Shown here: in pieces, positions 1 through 10,359 of the stretch
Numbering within the stretch: the stretch's first letter is position 1
Layout of the letters: each line of letters begins with the position of its first letter
NCBI RefSeq assembly: GCF_013839445.1
Contig: NZ_JACDIT010000001.1
Coordinates: 860,658 to 924,657, forward strand
Origin: Chthonobacter albigriseus
Lineage (GTDB): Bacteria > Pseudomonadota > Alphaproteobacteria > Rhizobiales > Pleomorphomonadaceae
DNA length: 64,000 bases
Direction of reading: 5' to 3'
Made by a program: the position numbers and the translations under genes
The notes under the pieces: generated by a model
Database searches by the model: none
Told to the model about the DNA's origin: nothing
The model's input: only the letters and a program-made list of their open reading frames with translations

Positions 1-11
1 GCCGTCCGCGT

Positions 12-1616
12 TCAAGTGTCGGCTGGCGGCTGTTCCGCCGCAGGCTTCGTCTTGCGGCTCCGGCGCTCCAGAAGCGCGCGGCCGTATCGCCGGATGTCAA
101 CCGCGCCGGTGAGCACCGCTGCCAGACCATAGATCGCCATGCCGCCGGCACAGAGCGCCAGGAGCGCGAGGCCGGAAACGATCTCGCTGTCGTCGGAAAG
201 CCACGGCGACAGCCAGTCCACGCCCGCCACCAGGCCCCCGCCCATCAGCAGGCTGGCCACCGCGAGCAGGACGAGACGGCGGACGAGGAGACGGTCGGCG
301 GCGAAATGGCCGCGGCGGACCAGCACGACCCACAGCATCACCGCGTTCACCCAGGCCGCGACGGCCGTCGCCAGGGCAATCCCGACATGGCCGAAGGTTG
401 GGAACAGGGCGAGCGACATGCCGACGTTGACGGCCACCGAGATGCCACCCTGGACCGTCGGCGTGCGGGTATCCTCGCGGGCGAAGTAGCTCGGCTGGAA
501 AACCTTGATGGCGACAAAGGCGGGCAGCCCGAAGGCAAAGGCCATCACTGCCCAGCCGGTGGCGTTGGTGTCGGCCGAAGTGAAAGCGCCACGCTCGAAC
601 AGCACGCGCATGATGGTGAAGGGGATCGCCACCAGGGCCACGGTCGCCGGCAGGGTCAGCGCCATCGCGAACTCGAGCGCGCGGTTCTGCGTGTGGAGCG
701 CGGTTTCCGGCGTCTCGGAGCGCACGCGGCGCGTGAGGTCGGGAAGCAGCACGACGCCGATCGCCACGCCGATGACGCCGAGCGGCAGCTGGTAGATGCG
801 GTCGGCGTAGTAGAGCCAACTCGCCGCGCTCGCCTGCAGGGAGGCGATGATGGTGCCGATGACGATGTTGATCTGGGTGATGCCGCCCGAGATCACGCCG
901 GGGATGCCGAGCGAGACGAGCCGCCGGACGTTGGCGGTGACCTTCGGCCGGCGCAGAGACACGGGGAAACCGATGAACCAGAGCGCGCCGGCGACTGCCA
1001 GGAGCTGGGCGAAGCCGGCGATGAAGACGGCCCAGGAGAGCGTGTAGGCGGCGTCGGGCGTTCCCGCCCAGCCTTGCGACCAGATCAGCGCCAGCGCGGC
1101 GACGAGCACCACGTTCAGCAGCGAAGGCGCGAAGGCGGCGACAGCGAAGCGGCCGAAGGACTGCAGCATCCCCGCGGCCATCGCCGTCAGCGACATGCAG
1201 GCGAGATAGGGGAACATGATGCGCGTCATCAGTTCCGCGTCGGTGAACTTCTGGGGGTCGGAGGCAAAGCCTGGCGCCAGGGCGTAGACCAGCAGCGGCG
1301 CCGCGAGTTCGGCGATAATGGTGATCAGGGTCAGCGCCAGCAGGAAGACCGAAAGGATCTCCTCGGCAAGCACGCGGGCGCGCGGCGGGCCACCCTCCTC
1401 CAAGGCTCTCGCGAACAGCGGCACGAAGGCGGCGGAGAAGGCGCCCTCGGCGAAGAGGCGGCGGAAAAGATTGGGCAGTCGGAAGGCGACGATGAAGGCG
1501 TCGGCCACCGGTCCGGTGCCCAGCATGTTCGCCATGAACACGTCGCGGATGAAGCCGAGCACGCGGGACGTGAGCGTCGCCATGCCGACGGTCGCGAAGT
1601 TCTTCAAAAGGTTCAT
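12..1616 (-). CDS. murJ: Lipid II flippase MurJ (MviN)
   Basis: Polytopic membrane protein matching MurJ/MviN along the full length (N-term MNLLKNFATVGMATLTSRVLGFIRDV...). Internal Met chosen as start; upstream in-frame extension is GC-driven. Confidence 0.85.
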   Translation of the reverse strand: MNLLKNFATVGMATLTSRVLGFIRDVFMANMLGTGPVADAFIVAFRLPNLFRRLFAEGAFSAAFVPLFARALEEGGPPRARVLAEEILSVFLLALTLITIIAELAAPLLVYALAPGFASDPQKFTDAELMTRIMFPYLACMSLTAMAAGMLQSFGRFAVAAFAPSLLNVVLVAALALIWSQGWAGTPDAAYTLSWAVFIAGFAQLLAVAGALWFIGFPVSLRRPKVTANVRRLVSLGIPGVISGGITQINIVIGTIIASLQASAASWLYYADRIYQLPLGVIGVAIGVVLLPDLTRRVRSETPETALHTQNRALEFAMALTLPATVALVAIPFTIMRVLFERGAFTSADTNATGWAVMAFAFGLPAFVAIKVFQPSYFAREDTRTPTVQGGISVAVNVGMSLALFPTFGHVGIALATAVAAWVNAVMLWVVLVRRGHFAADRLLVRRLVLLAVASLLMGGGLVAGVDWLSPWLSDDSEIVSGLALLALCAGGMAIYGLAAVLTGAVDIRRYGRALLERRSRKTKPAAEQPPADT

Positions 1617-1794
1617 CGGCGAATGCGGCTCCTGCCTTGAGGTGGGCAAGAGATACAGGCAAGCCGGACTAGATGCCAAGGGGCGCGGCACTCATCGGAG
1701 GCCGTATCCCGCCTTCCGGCTAGTTGGCACCACCCCTGCCCTGAACTATGGTCCGCCACCCCGCGACAGGACGCGGCGGCGGAGGGGTTGTGTC

Positions 1795-4071
1795 ATGGCC
1801 GAGAATACCAAATCCGGGCTGTCGTTCACGGAGCAGGAGGCGCTGCTGTTCCACGCGCAAGGTCGGCCGGGCAAGCTGGAGATCATGCCGACCAAACCGA
1901 TGGCGACGCAGCGGGACCTGTCGCTCGCCTATTCGCCCGGCGTCGCCGTGCCGGTGCGCAAGATCGCCGAGGACCCCTCGCTCGCCTTCGACTACACCGC
2001 CCGCGGCAACATGGTGGCGGTGATCTCCAACGGCACCGCGATCCTGGGGCTCGGCAACCTCGGCCCGCTCGCCTCCAAGCCGGTGATGGAGGGCAAGGCC
2101 GTGCTCTTCAAGCGCTTCGCGGATGTGGATTCGATCGACTTGGAAGTCGACACGGAGGATCCGGACACCTTCATCAACTGCGTGCGCTACCTCGGGCCAT
2201 CCTTCGGCGGGATCAACCTGGAGGACATCAAGGCGCCGGAGTGCTTCATCATCGAGAGCCGCCTGCGCGAACTGATGGACATTCCGGTGTTCCACGACGA
2301 CCAGCACGGCACGGCCATCATCTCCACCGCCGGGCTGATCAACGCGCTGCACCTGACCGGACGCGACATCAGGACGACGAAGCTCGTCTGCAACGGCGCG
2401 GGGGCCGCCGGGATCGCCTGCATCGAGCTCGTCAAGGCGCTCGGCATGCCGCACCAGAACGTCATCCTCTGCGACACCAAGGGCGTGGTCTACAAGGGCC
2501 GCACCGAGGGCATGAACCAGTGGAAGTCCGCCCACGCGGTGGAAACCTCGGCCCGAAGCCTCGCCGAAGCGATGGACGGGGCGGACGTGGTGTTCGGCCT
2601 CTCGGCGAAGGGCGCGCTCTCCAAGGAGATGATCCTCTCGATGGCGAAGGACCCTATCATCTTCGCCATGGCAAATCCGGATCCGGAGATCACGCCGGAG
2701 GAGGCGCACGCCATCCGCGGCGACGCTATCGTGGCCACCGGACGGTCGGACTATCCCAACCAGGTCAACAACGTACTCGGTTTCCCCTACATCTTCCGCG
2801 GGGCGCTGGACGTGCGGGCGACAACCATCAACGACCGTATGAAGATCGCCGCGGCCGAGGCGCTGGCGCTGCTGGCGCGCGAGGACGTGCCGGACGAGGT
2901 GGCGGCGGCCTACCGGGGCCAGCGTCCCCGGTTCGGGCGTGACTACATCATCCCGGTGCCGTTCGATCCCCGGCTGATCTCCACGATCCCCGAGGCGGTC
3001 GCCCGGGCCGCCATCGACAGCGGCGTCGCCCGCAAGCCGATCGTCGACTGGGAACAGTACCGGCACCAGCTCTCCGCGCGCCGGGATCCGGCGGCCGGAA
3101 CGCTGCAGCGCATCTTCTCCAAGGTGAAGCAGAAGCCGCGGCGGATCGTGTTCGCCGAAGGCGAGGAGGAGCAGGTGATCCGTGCCGCGGCGAGCTTCGC
3201 CACACAGGGCCTCGGCACCGCGATCCTGGTCGGCCGCGAAGACCAGATCCGCGCGACCGCGGCGGCGGCCGGCATCGACCTCAACCGCGAGGGCATGCAG
3301 ATCGCCAACGCCCGGCTGTCCGCCCGCACCAAGGACTATGCCGACACCCTCTACGCCCGGCTGCAGCGCAAGGGCTTCCTGCACCGCGACTGCGTCCGGC
3401 TGGTCAACACCGACCGCAACTACTTCGGCGCGCTGATGGTGGCGCTCGGCGACGCCGACGCCATGGTGTCGGGGGTGACGCGGAACTACTCGGTGGTTCT
3501 GGAAGAGGTCTGCCAGGTGATCGATCCGAAGCCCGGGCAAAAGGTGATCGGCGTCTCGATCGCGCTCTGCCGCGGCCGGACCGTGCTGATCGCCGATACG
3601 GCGGTGCACGACATGCCGACGGCTGAGGAACTGGCGCATATCGCGGTTCAAGCGGCCCGGTTCGCCCGGCGGCTCGGCTACGATCCGCGGGTTGCGATGC
3701 TGGCCTACTCGACCTTCGGGCATCCGGAGGGCGAACGGTCGGCGCGGGTGCGGGAGGCGGTGCAGATCCTCGACCGGCAGCGGGTGGATTTCGAGTACGA
3801 CGGCGAGATGGCGGCCGATGTCGCCCTCAATCCGGACCGGATGGCGCTCTATCCGTTCTGCCGGCTGACGGGCCCGGCGAACGTGCTGGTGATGCCGGCG
3901 TTCCACTCTGCCTCGATCGCGACCAAGATGCTGCAGGAGCTCGGCGGATCGACCGTGATCGGGCCGCTGCTGGTCGGCTTGGATAAGCCGGTCCAGATCA
4001 TGCCGCTCGGAAGCCAGGACAGTGACATCGTCAACATGGCCGCTTTTGCGGCTTTCGACACCGTGGGATGA
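1795..4071 (+). CDS. maeB: NADP-dependent malic enzyme (malic enzyme domain fused to phosphotransacetylase-like domain)
   Basis: 758 aa. N-terminal malic enzyme motifs (VYTPGVA-like [19 protein letters not shown]) and C-terminal PTA-like domain. ATG at 1795 is in frame with the long ORF 1318..4071. Confidence 0.9.
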   Translation: MAENTKSGLSFTEQEALLFHAQGRPGKLEIMPTKPMATQRDLSLAYSPGVAVPVRKIAEDPSLAFDYTARGNMVAVISNGTAILGLGNLGPLASKPVMEGKAVLFKRFADVDSIDLEVDTEDPDTFINCVRYLGPSFGGINLEDIKAPECFIIESRLRELMDIPVFHDDQHGTAIISTAGLINALHLTGRDIRTTKLVCNGAGAAGIACIELVKALGMPHQNVILCDTKGVVYKGRTEGMNQWKSAHAVETSARSLAEAMDGADVVFGLSAKGALSKEMILSMAKDPIIFAMANPDPEITPEEAHAIRGDAIVATGRSDYPNQVNNVLGFPYIFRGALDVRATTINDRMKIAAAEALALLAREDVPDEVAAAYRGQRPRFGRDYIIPVPFDPRLISTIPEAVARAAIDSGVARKPIVDWEQYRHQLSARRDPAAGTLQRIFSKVKQKPRRIVFAEGEEEQVIRAAASFATQGLGTAILVGREDQIRATAAAAGIDLNREGMQIANARLSARTKDYADTLYARLQRKGFLHRDCVRLVNTDRNYFGALMVALGDADAMVSGVTRNYSVVLEEVCQVIDPKPGQKVIGVSIALCRGRTVLIADTAVHDMPTAEELAHIAVQAARFARRLGYDPRVAMLAYSTFGHPEGERSARVREAVQILDRQRVDFEYDGEMAADVALNPDRMALYPFCRLTGPANVLVMPAFHSASIATKMLQELGGSTVIGPLLVGLDKPVQIMPLGSQDSDIVNMAAFAAFDTVG

Positions 4072-4094
4072 CCGGTTCCACCCGGAGACATGAA

Positions 4095-4122
4095 AAATGC
4101 CGCCCCAGTTTCCCGGGGCGGC
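4095..4122. terminator. GC-rich hairpin (GCCGCCCC-N8-GGGGCGGC) between convergent maeB and nth
   Basis: Perfect 8-bp stem 24 bp after the maeB stop. On the minus strand it is followed by ATTTTT, so it is a possible bidirectional intrinsic terminator. Confidence 0.45.
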
Positions 4123-4407
4123 AAGTGGATCGACAGAGAGGCTGCCGATCGTAAAACCTGATCGCCGGCAGGACGTGGCTGGTGCTCCTGCCCGTGCGAC
4201 AACTGGAGAATTGCGCGGAGTTGCTGAATCAAGGCTTAACAAGTTGGGCCGGATTCGATTTTTATAGGTTGGTCTGACGAGGCCATTGGCCCGCCGCTGA
4301 CGCTAACCGCCCCGACTGACGCATCACAGTGCAGTGTCTATTTTTTGGGGTGATATTTTCTATCCAAGCATAAGTCGCCGTGGCCTGCGCCACTTGGAAT
4401 CCGCCGT

Positions 4408-5175
4408 TCAGGTCGGGACCGATTCGGCCGGCGGCAGGTCGGACGGCGGCGACACCGGGCGCTTCTCCGGGCTCTTGCAGAGATCGTAGATCAGGCAGCG
4501 CTCGCATTCGGGCCGGCGGGCCTTGCAGATGTAGCGACCATGCAGAATGAGCCAGTGGTGGGCATGGAGCTTGTAGGGCTCCGGGACGATCCGCTCGAAG
4601 GCGAGTTCCACCTCCAACGGGTTCTTGCCGGGGGCGAGGAGCAACCGGTTGCCCAGCCGGAAGATGTGGGTGTCGACGGCGAAGGTGGGCTGGCCGAACG
4701 CCATGTTGAGGACGACGTTGGCGGTCTTTCGGCCGACTCCGGGCAGTTGCTCCAGGGCCGCGCGGTCGGCCGGAACCTCGCCGCCGTAGCCGTCGACGAG
4801 AGCCTTGGAAAGCGCGATGACGTTTTTCGCCTTGTTGCGGAAGAGGCCGATGGTCTTGATAGCCTCGCGCACCGCATCCTCCCCCAGTTCCAGCATTTTC
4901 TGAGGCGTGTCAGCCACTTGGAAGAGGTGGCGAGTCGCCTTGTTGACGCCGGCGTCGGTCGCCTGGGCCGACAGGACCACTGCCACGAGCAGCGTGAAGG
5001 CGTTGACGTGCTCCAGCTCGCCCTTCGGTTCCGGGTTGGCGGCGCGGAAGCGGGCGAAGATCGCCTCGACCTCATCCGGCGTGTAGACCGACTTCGGCCG
5101 GCGCTTGCGGGCGGCCGGCTTGGGCTTGGGCGTTGCAACGGCGGAGGCGGGGACGGAGGGCTTTGCGCGGGTCAT
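4408..5175 (-). CDS. nth: Endonuclease III (DNA glycosylase/AP lyase)
   Basis: HhH-GPD motif (LPGVGRKTANVVL) and C-terminal 4Fe-4S Cys cluster (CKARRPECERCLIYDLC). Start at MTRAKPS. Confidence 0.9.
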   Translation of the reverse strand: MTRAKPSVPASAVATPKPKPAARKRRPKSVYTPDEVEAIFARFRAANPEPKGELEHVNAFTLLVAVVLSAQATDAGVNKATRHLFQVADTPQKMLELGEDAVREAIKTIGLFRNKAKNVIALSKALVDGYGGEVPADRAALEQLPGVGRKTANVVLNMAFGQPTFAVDTHIFRLGNRLLLAPGKNPLEVELAFERIVPEPYKLHAHHWLILHGRYICKARRPECERCLIYDLCKSPEKRPVSPPSDLPPAESVPT

Positions 5176-5197
5176 GGCTCCTCTATAATGAGCTGAG

Positions 5198-5734
5198 ATG
5201 ACGACAGGCAATCCACCCGTTTCGCCCGCCGGGTCAGAAGCGGCGCAACCCTTCTTCTCGGCGCGGTTGACGCCCTACCGATCGCTCGGGCCGAGCGGCT
5301 TCGTGGCGCTGATGGCGATCGTCAGCGCGCTCTGCTTCGGGTCGGGGGTGATGTTCCTGGTGGTGGGCGCCTGGCCGGTGTTCTGGTTCATGGGGCTCGA
5401 CGTCCTGATCGTCTATGTCGCGTTCCGGCTAAGCTATGACAAGGCAAGGGAATTCGAGGAGATCCACGTTTCCGCGGAAGACGTGCACATCATCCGGGTG
5501 TCGCACCGCGGAGAGATCCGGGAGCATCATCTCAACCCGTTCTGGGTCCGGTTGAACGTGGTGCGGTTGGAGGACGAGGGCGTGGTGCAGGTCAGCCTGG
5601 TCAGTCACGGCAAATCACAACCTGTCGGCGCTTTCCTCAACCCGGCGGATCGGGAGAGCTTCGCGCAGGCACTCGGAAATGCGCTGGTTACGGCCAGACG
5701 CGGCGGACCTGCCCTGGCCGACGGCACAATCTGA
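5198..5734 (+). CDS. Small membrane protein, two TM helices (DUF2244-like)
   Basis: 178 aa with two hydrophobic helices near the N-terminus then a soluble domain. Conserved neighbour of nth in Rhizobiales by recollection. No catalytic motifs. Confidence 0.6.
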   Translation: MTTGNPPVSPAGSEAAQPFFSARLTPYRSLGPSGFVALMAIVSALCFGSGVMFLVVGAWPVFWFMGLDVLIVYVAFRLSYDKAREFEEIHVSAEDVHIIRVSHRGEIREHHLNPFWVRLNVVRLEDEGVVQVSLVSHGKSQPVGAFLNPADRESFAQALGNALVTARRGGPALADGTI

Positions 5735-5832
5735 CACCAGTTCGAAGGGTATCGGCGGCGGTTGCGAGAAACGGGTGGTGGCGCGGAAAAGCTCCCACTA
5801 CCGTCTCAGCATCGATACGACGGAGATATGTT

Positions 5833-6789
5833 ATGGATTCCGTGTTCACGCCCCATTCCGAAGGCTCGACATCCCGGACCGACGGCAGCTATCTTCACAA
5901 GGAGTTCCGGATGGCGGAGCCTGTCGTTCTGGATCGTCAGGCGGCCGATTACACGCTGGTGCGCGATACCATACAGTATATCTCCGAACGGTGGAGAGAT
6001 CAGCCCGAGCTCGAGACCATCGCTGCGGCGGTCGGTACTGATGCAAACCATCTGCACCGGGTGTTCACACGTTGGGCTGGACTGACGCCGAAGGCGTTCG
6101 TCCAGGCGTTGACGCTGGATCAGGCGCGCCGGATGCTCAACGACAGCGCCTCGATTCTCGACACCGCCTACGAGGTGGGCCTGTCAGGACCGGGCCGGCT
6201 GCACGACCTTTTCGTCACCCACGAGGCCATGAGCCCGGGCGCCTACAAGGCAAGAGGTGGTGGAGTTACAATAGCTTACGGGTTCCATTCGTCGCCGTTC
6301 GGGACGGCGGTGGTGATGGCGACCGATCGCGGCCTGGCCGGTCTGGCCTTCGCCGACCCGGGCGAGGAGCAGCGGTCGTTCGAGGACATGGCCACCCGCT
6401 GGCCGGCGGCAGCCTTCGTCCACGACCCGGAGGTGACCGCACCCTATGCCCGGCAGGTGTTCGATCCGGGCTTCTGGAGCCACGACCGGCCGCTGCGCCT
6501 GGTGTTCATCGGATCGGACTTCGAGGTTCGGGTATGGGAGACGCTGCTGCGGATTCCTCTTGGAAAAGCAACGACTTACAGCGACATCGCCCGGCATATC
6601 GGGAACCCGAAGGCGGTGCGCGCGGTGGGCTCCGCGGTGGGCCGCAACCCCATTTCGTTCGTGGTTCCTTGCCATCGCGTGCTCGGCCGACAGGGCGATC
6701 TCTGCGGCTATCACTGGGGCTTGACGCGCAAGAAGGCGATCCTCGGCTGGGAGACCGGGCTGGTGAACAAGCTGTCCGGCACGGAATGA
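5833..6789 (+). CDS. ada: AraC-family HTH fused to methylated-DNA-protein-cysteine methyltransferase (Ada/Ogt-like)
   Basis: N-terminal AraC-type HTH and C-terminal MGMT domain with the PCHRV active-site motif. No N-terminal Ada zinc domain. Start could instead be the internal Met at 5911. Confidence 0.8.
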   Translation: MDSVFTPHSEGSTSRTDGSYLHKEFRMAEPVVLDRQAADYTLVRDTIQYISERWRDQPELETIAAAVGTDANHLHRVFTRWAGLTPKAFVQALTLDQARRMLNDSASILDTAYEVGLSGPGRLHDLFVTHEAMSPGAYKARGGGVTIAYGFHSSPFGTAVVMATDRGLAGLAFADPGEEQRSFEDMATRWPAAAFVHDPEVTAPYARQVFDPGFWSHDRPLRLVFIGSDFEVRVWETLLRIPLGKATTYSDIARHIGNPKAVRAVGSAVGRNPISFVVPCHRVLGRQGDLCGYHWGLTRKKAILGWETGLVNKLSGTE

Positions 6790-6805
6790 GACGACCTTGC
6801 GGACA

Positions 6806-6840
6806 CGGCGCGGAGGGTGATCTTCCGCGCCGTTTTTCGG
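6806..6840 (+). terminator. Intrinsic terminator after ada
   Basis: GGCGCGGA-loop-TCCGCGCC stem followed by GTTTTTCGGGG, about 15 bp after the ada stop. Confidence 0.6.
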
Positions 6841-6894
6841 GGGTGTGTAGTCGCCTTTATCGTGGCAAGTCGCGGCTACGTAGCGCCCAAAGGC

Positions 6895-7431
6895 TCAATG
6901 TAGCGGCTTGTAGTAGATGACGGCGTCGGTGGGGGCGCCGTCGGGGTCGAGGGCGTAGCCGGGGATTGTTCCGGCCTCCAGGAAGCCGACCCGCCGATAG
7001 AGTCGCTCGCCGGGTCCGCCTGGCGCCGCATCGGCGGTGAGGAGGGTTATCCCCATCACCCGCGCGCTGGTTTCAAGCTCCTGCATCAATTCCTGTCCGA
7101 CGCCCCTGCCCCGACCGCGACGGTGGACGAGCAGTCGGTCCACACTGGCCCGGTGGGGCTGGTTGGCGGCGGAGGCGCGGACCAGTTGGGCCGCGCCGAC
7201 GATACCCTCGGCGTCCTCGGCGATGAACAGGTGGGTGGAGCGCTTCATCGCATCGGCAACGTCGAGCACGAAGCGGACCGCCGACAGCGGCGCGAGCGGC
7301 CTCATGAGAGACACCTGCGCGCCGGCATCGACAGCGTCGATCAGCATGTCCGCGAGTTCGTGAGCCCGGTTGCGGACCTCTTCCGGGGTCAGCCTTCGGA
7401 TGGAGACCTGCCGTGCCACATCAACCGTCAT
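6895..7431 (-). CDS. GNAT family N-acetyltransferase
   Basis: 178 aa; acetyl-CoA binding motif region (RRGRGRGVGQELM) typical of GNAT motif A. Confidence 0.75.
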   Translation of the reverse strand: MTVDVARQVSIRRLTPEEVRNRAHELADMLIDAVDAGAQVSLMRPLAPLSAVRFVLDVADAMKRSTHLFIAEDAEGIVGAAQLVRASAANQPHRASVDRLLVHRRGRGRGVGQELMQELETSARVMGITLLTADAAPGGPGERLYRRVGFLEAGTIPGYALDPDGAPTDAVIYYKPLH

Positions 7432-7508
7432 GTCCGCCTCCCCAGGTGGATAAGGGCGGTCGTTCGCTGGCGGTTGATGCCCGCTCGTCGGCAGGTCGGC
7501 CTGGAGGA

Positions 7509-8129
7509 TCAGCCCTTCAGGACTTCCTTGCTTGCGATGCTTCCGTCCTCGTTCAGACGATATACGATCGGAACGCCCGTATCGAGTTCCCGGGCGACAA
7601 TCTCTTCGCCCGTCAACCCTTCCAACTGCATAATGAGCGCCCGCAGCGAATTGCCGTGCGCGGCAACGAGGACCCGTTCGCCCGCCATCACGCGAGGAAG
7701 TATTTCACGATCGAAATAAGGCAAGACCCGCTCGGCCGTGTTCTTCAGACTTTCGCCGCCGGGCGGGGGCACGTCGAAGGAGCGGCGCCAGACGTGGACC
7801 TGCTCTTCGCCCCAGCGGGCGCGGGCGTCGTCCTTGTTGAGGCCGGTCAACTCGCCGTAGTCGCGCTCGTTGAGGGCCTGGTCCCTGACCGTCGGCAAGT
7901 CGGTCTGGCCGATCTCCTCCAGGATGAGGCGGAGCGTGTGCTGTGCGCGCGTCAGCACGGAGGTATAGGCGACGTCGAAGCCGAGCTTCAGGTCGCGGAG
8001 CTTGCGGCCGGCGGCCTTGGCCTCCTCGATGCCCTGGGGCGTCAAGTCGGGGTCCTTCCAGCCGGTGAAGAGGTTCTTCAGGTTCCAGTCGCTCTGGCCA
8101 TGGCGGACGAGGACGAGCAGGCGGTTCAT
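7509..8129 (-). CDS. gpmA: 2,3-bisphosphoglycerate-dependent phosphoglycerate mutase
   Basis: N-terminal [12 protein letters not shown] catalytic His motif; 206 aa short-form alpha-proteobacterial GpmA. Confidence 0.9.
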   Translation of the reverse strand: MNRLLVLVRHGQSDWNLKNLFTGWKDPDLTPQGIEEAKAAGRKLRDLKLGFDVAYTSVLTRAQHTLRLILEEIGQTDLPTVRDQALNERDYGELTGLNKDDARARWGEEQVHVWRRSFDVPPPGGESLKNTAERVLPYFDREILPRVMAGERVLVAAHGNSLRALIMQLEGLTGEEIVARELDTGVPIVYRLNEDGSIASKEVLKG

Positions 8130-8238
8130 GCGGGGGGAACTCCCTTCTGATGGAAGCGCCTGCCGGCTGCCGGCCGACGCCCTTTCCTGACACTCTCCGG
8201 CTGCCGCGTTTACCGCGTGTCAGCCGGACGGGACGCAA

Positions 8239-9048
8239 TCAATCGAGGCCGAGCACGTCGGCCATGGAGTAGCGGCCGGGCTTGCGGCCGCGGCCCCACA
8301 GCGCCGCCCGGAGGGCGCCGGTGGCGAACAAGGCGCGATCCTCGGCACGGTGGGTGAGTTCGATCCGCTCGCCGGCACCGGCGAAGATGACGGCGTGGTC
8401 GCCGACCACGGTGCCGCCGCGCAGGGCCGCGAAACCGATCGCGCCCTGCGGGCGGACGCCGGTCTGGCCGTCGCGGCCGCGGACGGCAGCGTCCTCGAGG
8501 CGGATCGCCCTGCCCTCGGCCGCGGCCCCGCCCAGCAGCAGCGCGGTGCCGGAGGGCGCATCCACCTTCATGCGGTGATGCATCTCGACGATCTCGATAT
8601 CCCACTCCGGACCCAGCGACTTCGCGGCGCGGCGAACGAGGCTGGCGAGCAGATTGACCCCGAGGCTCATGTTGCCGGACTTGACGACCACGGCGTGGCG
8701 CGCGGCGGCGTCGAACTTCGCCTCGTCCTCGGCCGAGCAACCGGTGGTGCCGACGACGTGGACGATACGGGCTTGGGCGGCGAGTTCGGCGAAGGCGACG
8801 CTGGCGGCCGGCGTGGTGAAGTCGAGGACACCCTCCGCCGCCGCGAAGGCGGGCAAGGGATCGTCGGTGACGGGCACGCCCAGTTCGCCGACGCCGGCGA
8901 GAAGGCCGGCGTCCCTGCCGAGATCGGCAGCGCCCTCCCGCTCGATCGCGCCGGAGAGGACGACGCCGGGGGTGGTGGCGACGGCGCGGATCAGCGTGCG
9001 GCCCATCCGGCCCGCTGCGCCCACCACGACGAGCTTCATGTCAGTCAT
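8239..9048 (-). CDS. dapB: 4-hydroxy-tetrahydrodipicolinate reductase
   Basis: 270 aa from [16 protein letters not shown] (NAD(P)-binding GxxGxxG). The [15 protein letters not shown] motif is characteristic of DapB. The upstream 159-codon ORF extension is GC-driven junk. Confidence 0.9.
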   Translation of the reverse strand: MTDMKLVVVGAAGRMGRTLIRAVATTPGVVLSGAIEREGAADLGRDAGLLAGVGELGVPVTDDPLPAFAAAEGVLDFTTPAASVAFAELAAQARIVHVVGTTGCSAEDEAKFDAAARHAVVVKSGNMSLGVNLLASLVRRAAKSLGPEWDIEIVEMHHRMKVDAPSGTALLLGGAAAEGRAIRLEDAAVRGRDGQTGVRPQGAIGFAALRGGTVVGDHAVIFAGAGERIELTHRAEDRALFATGALRAALWGRGRKPGRYSMADVLGLD

Positions 9049-9214
9049 CCCAGCCGTTCCTCGCGAAAATCCCGAGCGGCCTCGCCTATAGCAGGCGGGC
9101 GCGGCGGGTGGAAAGGGCGAGGACGGCCTCTGCCGGCGATTCCGACCATGGTCGCATCCGGAGCGGCGGATGCCGCCTGCGGCCTCCCACCGGACACAGC
9201 GGCCGCATCGGCGC

Positions 9215-9991
9215 TCAGCGTTGCCCCATCTCGGCGACGGCGGCGAGGATGCGGGCGATGTCCTCGGGGCGTGAGAGGCGGTGGTCGCCGTCCTTGACGA
9301 GGGTGACGACCACGTCGTCGTGGACGAGGCGGTCGACGAGGAGAAGGGCGTGGGCGTAGGGGACGTCGGGATCCTGCATGCCCTGGACGATGTGGACGGG
9401 CGCGCCGATCCGGATGTCGTCGTCGAGGACGGTGTTGCGGGCACCGTCGTCCAGGAAGGCGCGGGTGATGACGGTGGGCTCGTCGGCGTAGGCGCTGGGA
9501 AGGCGCACGGAGCCGGTTGCGGCAAGCTCGCGACGCATGGCCTCGGTGAAGGCGGGCTCCATGAGGCGGGTGGCGAAATCCGGCGCCGGCGCGATCAGGA
9601 CGAGGCCGGCGAGCCGGTCGGCCCGATCGGCCGCCTGAAGCCGGCGGGCGAGGAGGAGTGCGATCCAGCCGCCCATGGAGGAGCCGACGAGGACGACCGG
9701 GCCTTCTGTGAAGCGATCGAGGACGGCCTCGGCCTCCTCCGCCCAGCGGCTGATGGTGCCGTCGGTGAAGAGGCCGCCGGAGGCGCCGTGGCCGGAATAG
9801 TCGAAGCGGACGACGCGGCGCCCGTTCCGCCGGCCCCACTCGGCCAGCGCCTCTGCCTTGGAGCCGGTCATGTCGGAGCGGAAGCCGCCGAGCCAGAGGA
9901 GCGCCGGTCCGACGCCTTCGTCGACGAGGAGGGCGATGGAGCGGGCGTCCGGGCCGGAGCCGACGACGAGCGTTTCGGGGGCGGACGGCAT
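9215..9991 (-). CDS. Alpha/beta hydrolase fold protein
   Basis: GSSMGG nucleophile elbow (GxSxG). Start at the internal Met [10 protein letters not shown]. Function not assignable from sequence. Confidence 0.7.
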   Translation of the reverse strand: MPSAPETLVVGSGPDARSIALLVDEGVGPALLWLGGFRSDMTGSKAEALAEWGRRNGRRVVRFDYSGHGASGGLFTDGTISRWAEEAEAVLDRFTEGPVVLVGSSMGGWIALLLARRLQAADRADRLAGLVLIAPAPDFATRLMEPAFTEAMRRELAATGSVRLPSAYADEPTVITRAFLDDGARNTVLDDDIRIGAPVHIVQGMQDPDVPYAHALLLVDRLVHDDVVVTLVKDGDHRLSRPEDIARILAAVAEMGQR

Positions 9992-10149
9992 GGGCGGACC
10001 TCGGGATGGGGTGCGGCGGGTGCGGGTTTGACGTTTGCCATGGTGGGCGGGTGTTGTGAATGGGCGGCGTGGGAAAACGGGGCTGTTCACGGCGCGCGCG
10101 GGAAAGGCGGGAGATCGGGGAAGGATCGCCGGCGCCGAGCGGGAGGGAA

Positions 10150-10217
10150 AAAAGCGTGGGTGGTCCGCCTGCGCGGACCATGACGGCGGGAAGGGGAGAG
10201 CGGGAGCGAGGGATAGG
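10150..10217. repeat. REP-like palindromic element copy A1 (core GGTCCGC-CTGC-GCGGACC plus ATGACGGCGGGAAGG flank)
   Basis: Same ~40-bp element recurs at 10290-10359, at 28757-28833 (reverse complement) and at 28827-28884. Confidence 0.7.
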
Positions 10218-10289
10218 TAGGACGATCAAGGGGGCAGGAGGAAATGTTGCAAAGTGGTGAGCCGGTGCCGAGCGGGCGCTTTCTGCTTT

Positions 10290-10359
10290 CATACCCGTCA
10301 TGGTCCGCGCAGGCGGACCATGAAGGCGGGAAGGGAGGAGGACGGAGCGAGCGAGACGG
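10290..10359. repeat. REP-like palindromic element copy A2 (TCATGGTCCGC-GCAG-GCGGACCATGA, 11-bp stem)
   Basis: Direct repeat of A1 including ~35 bp of downstream flank, with the 4-nt loop inverted. Confidence 0.7.
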
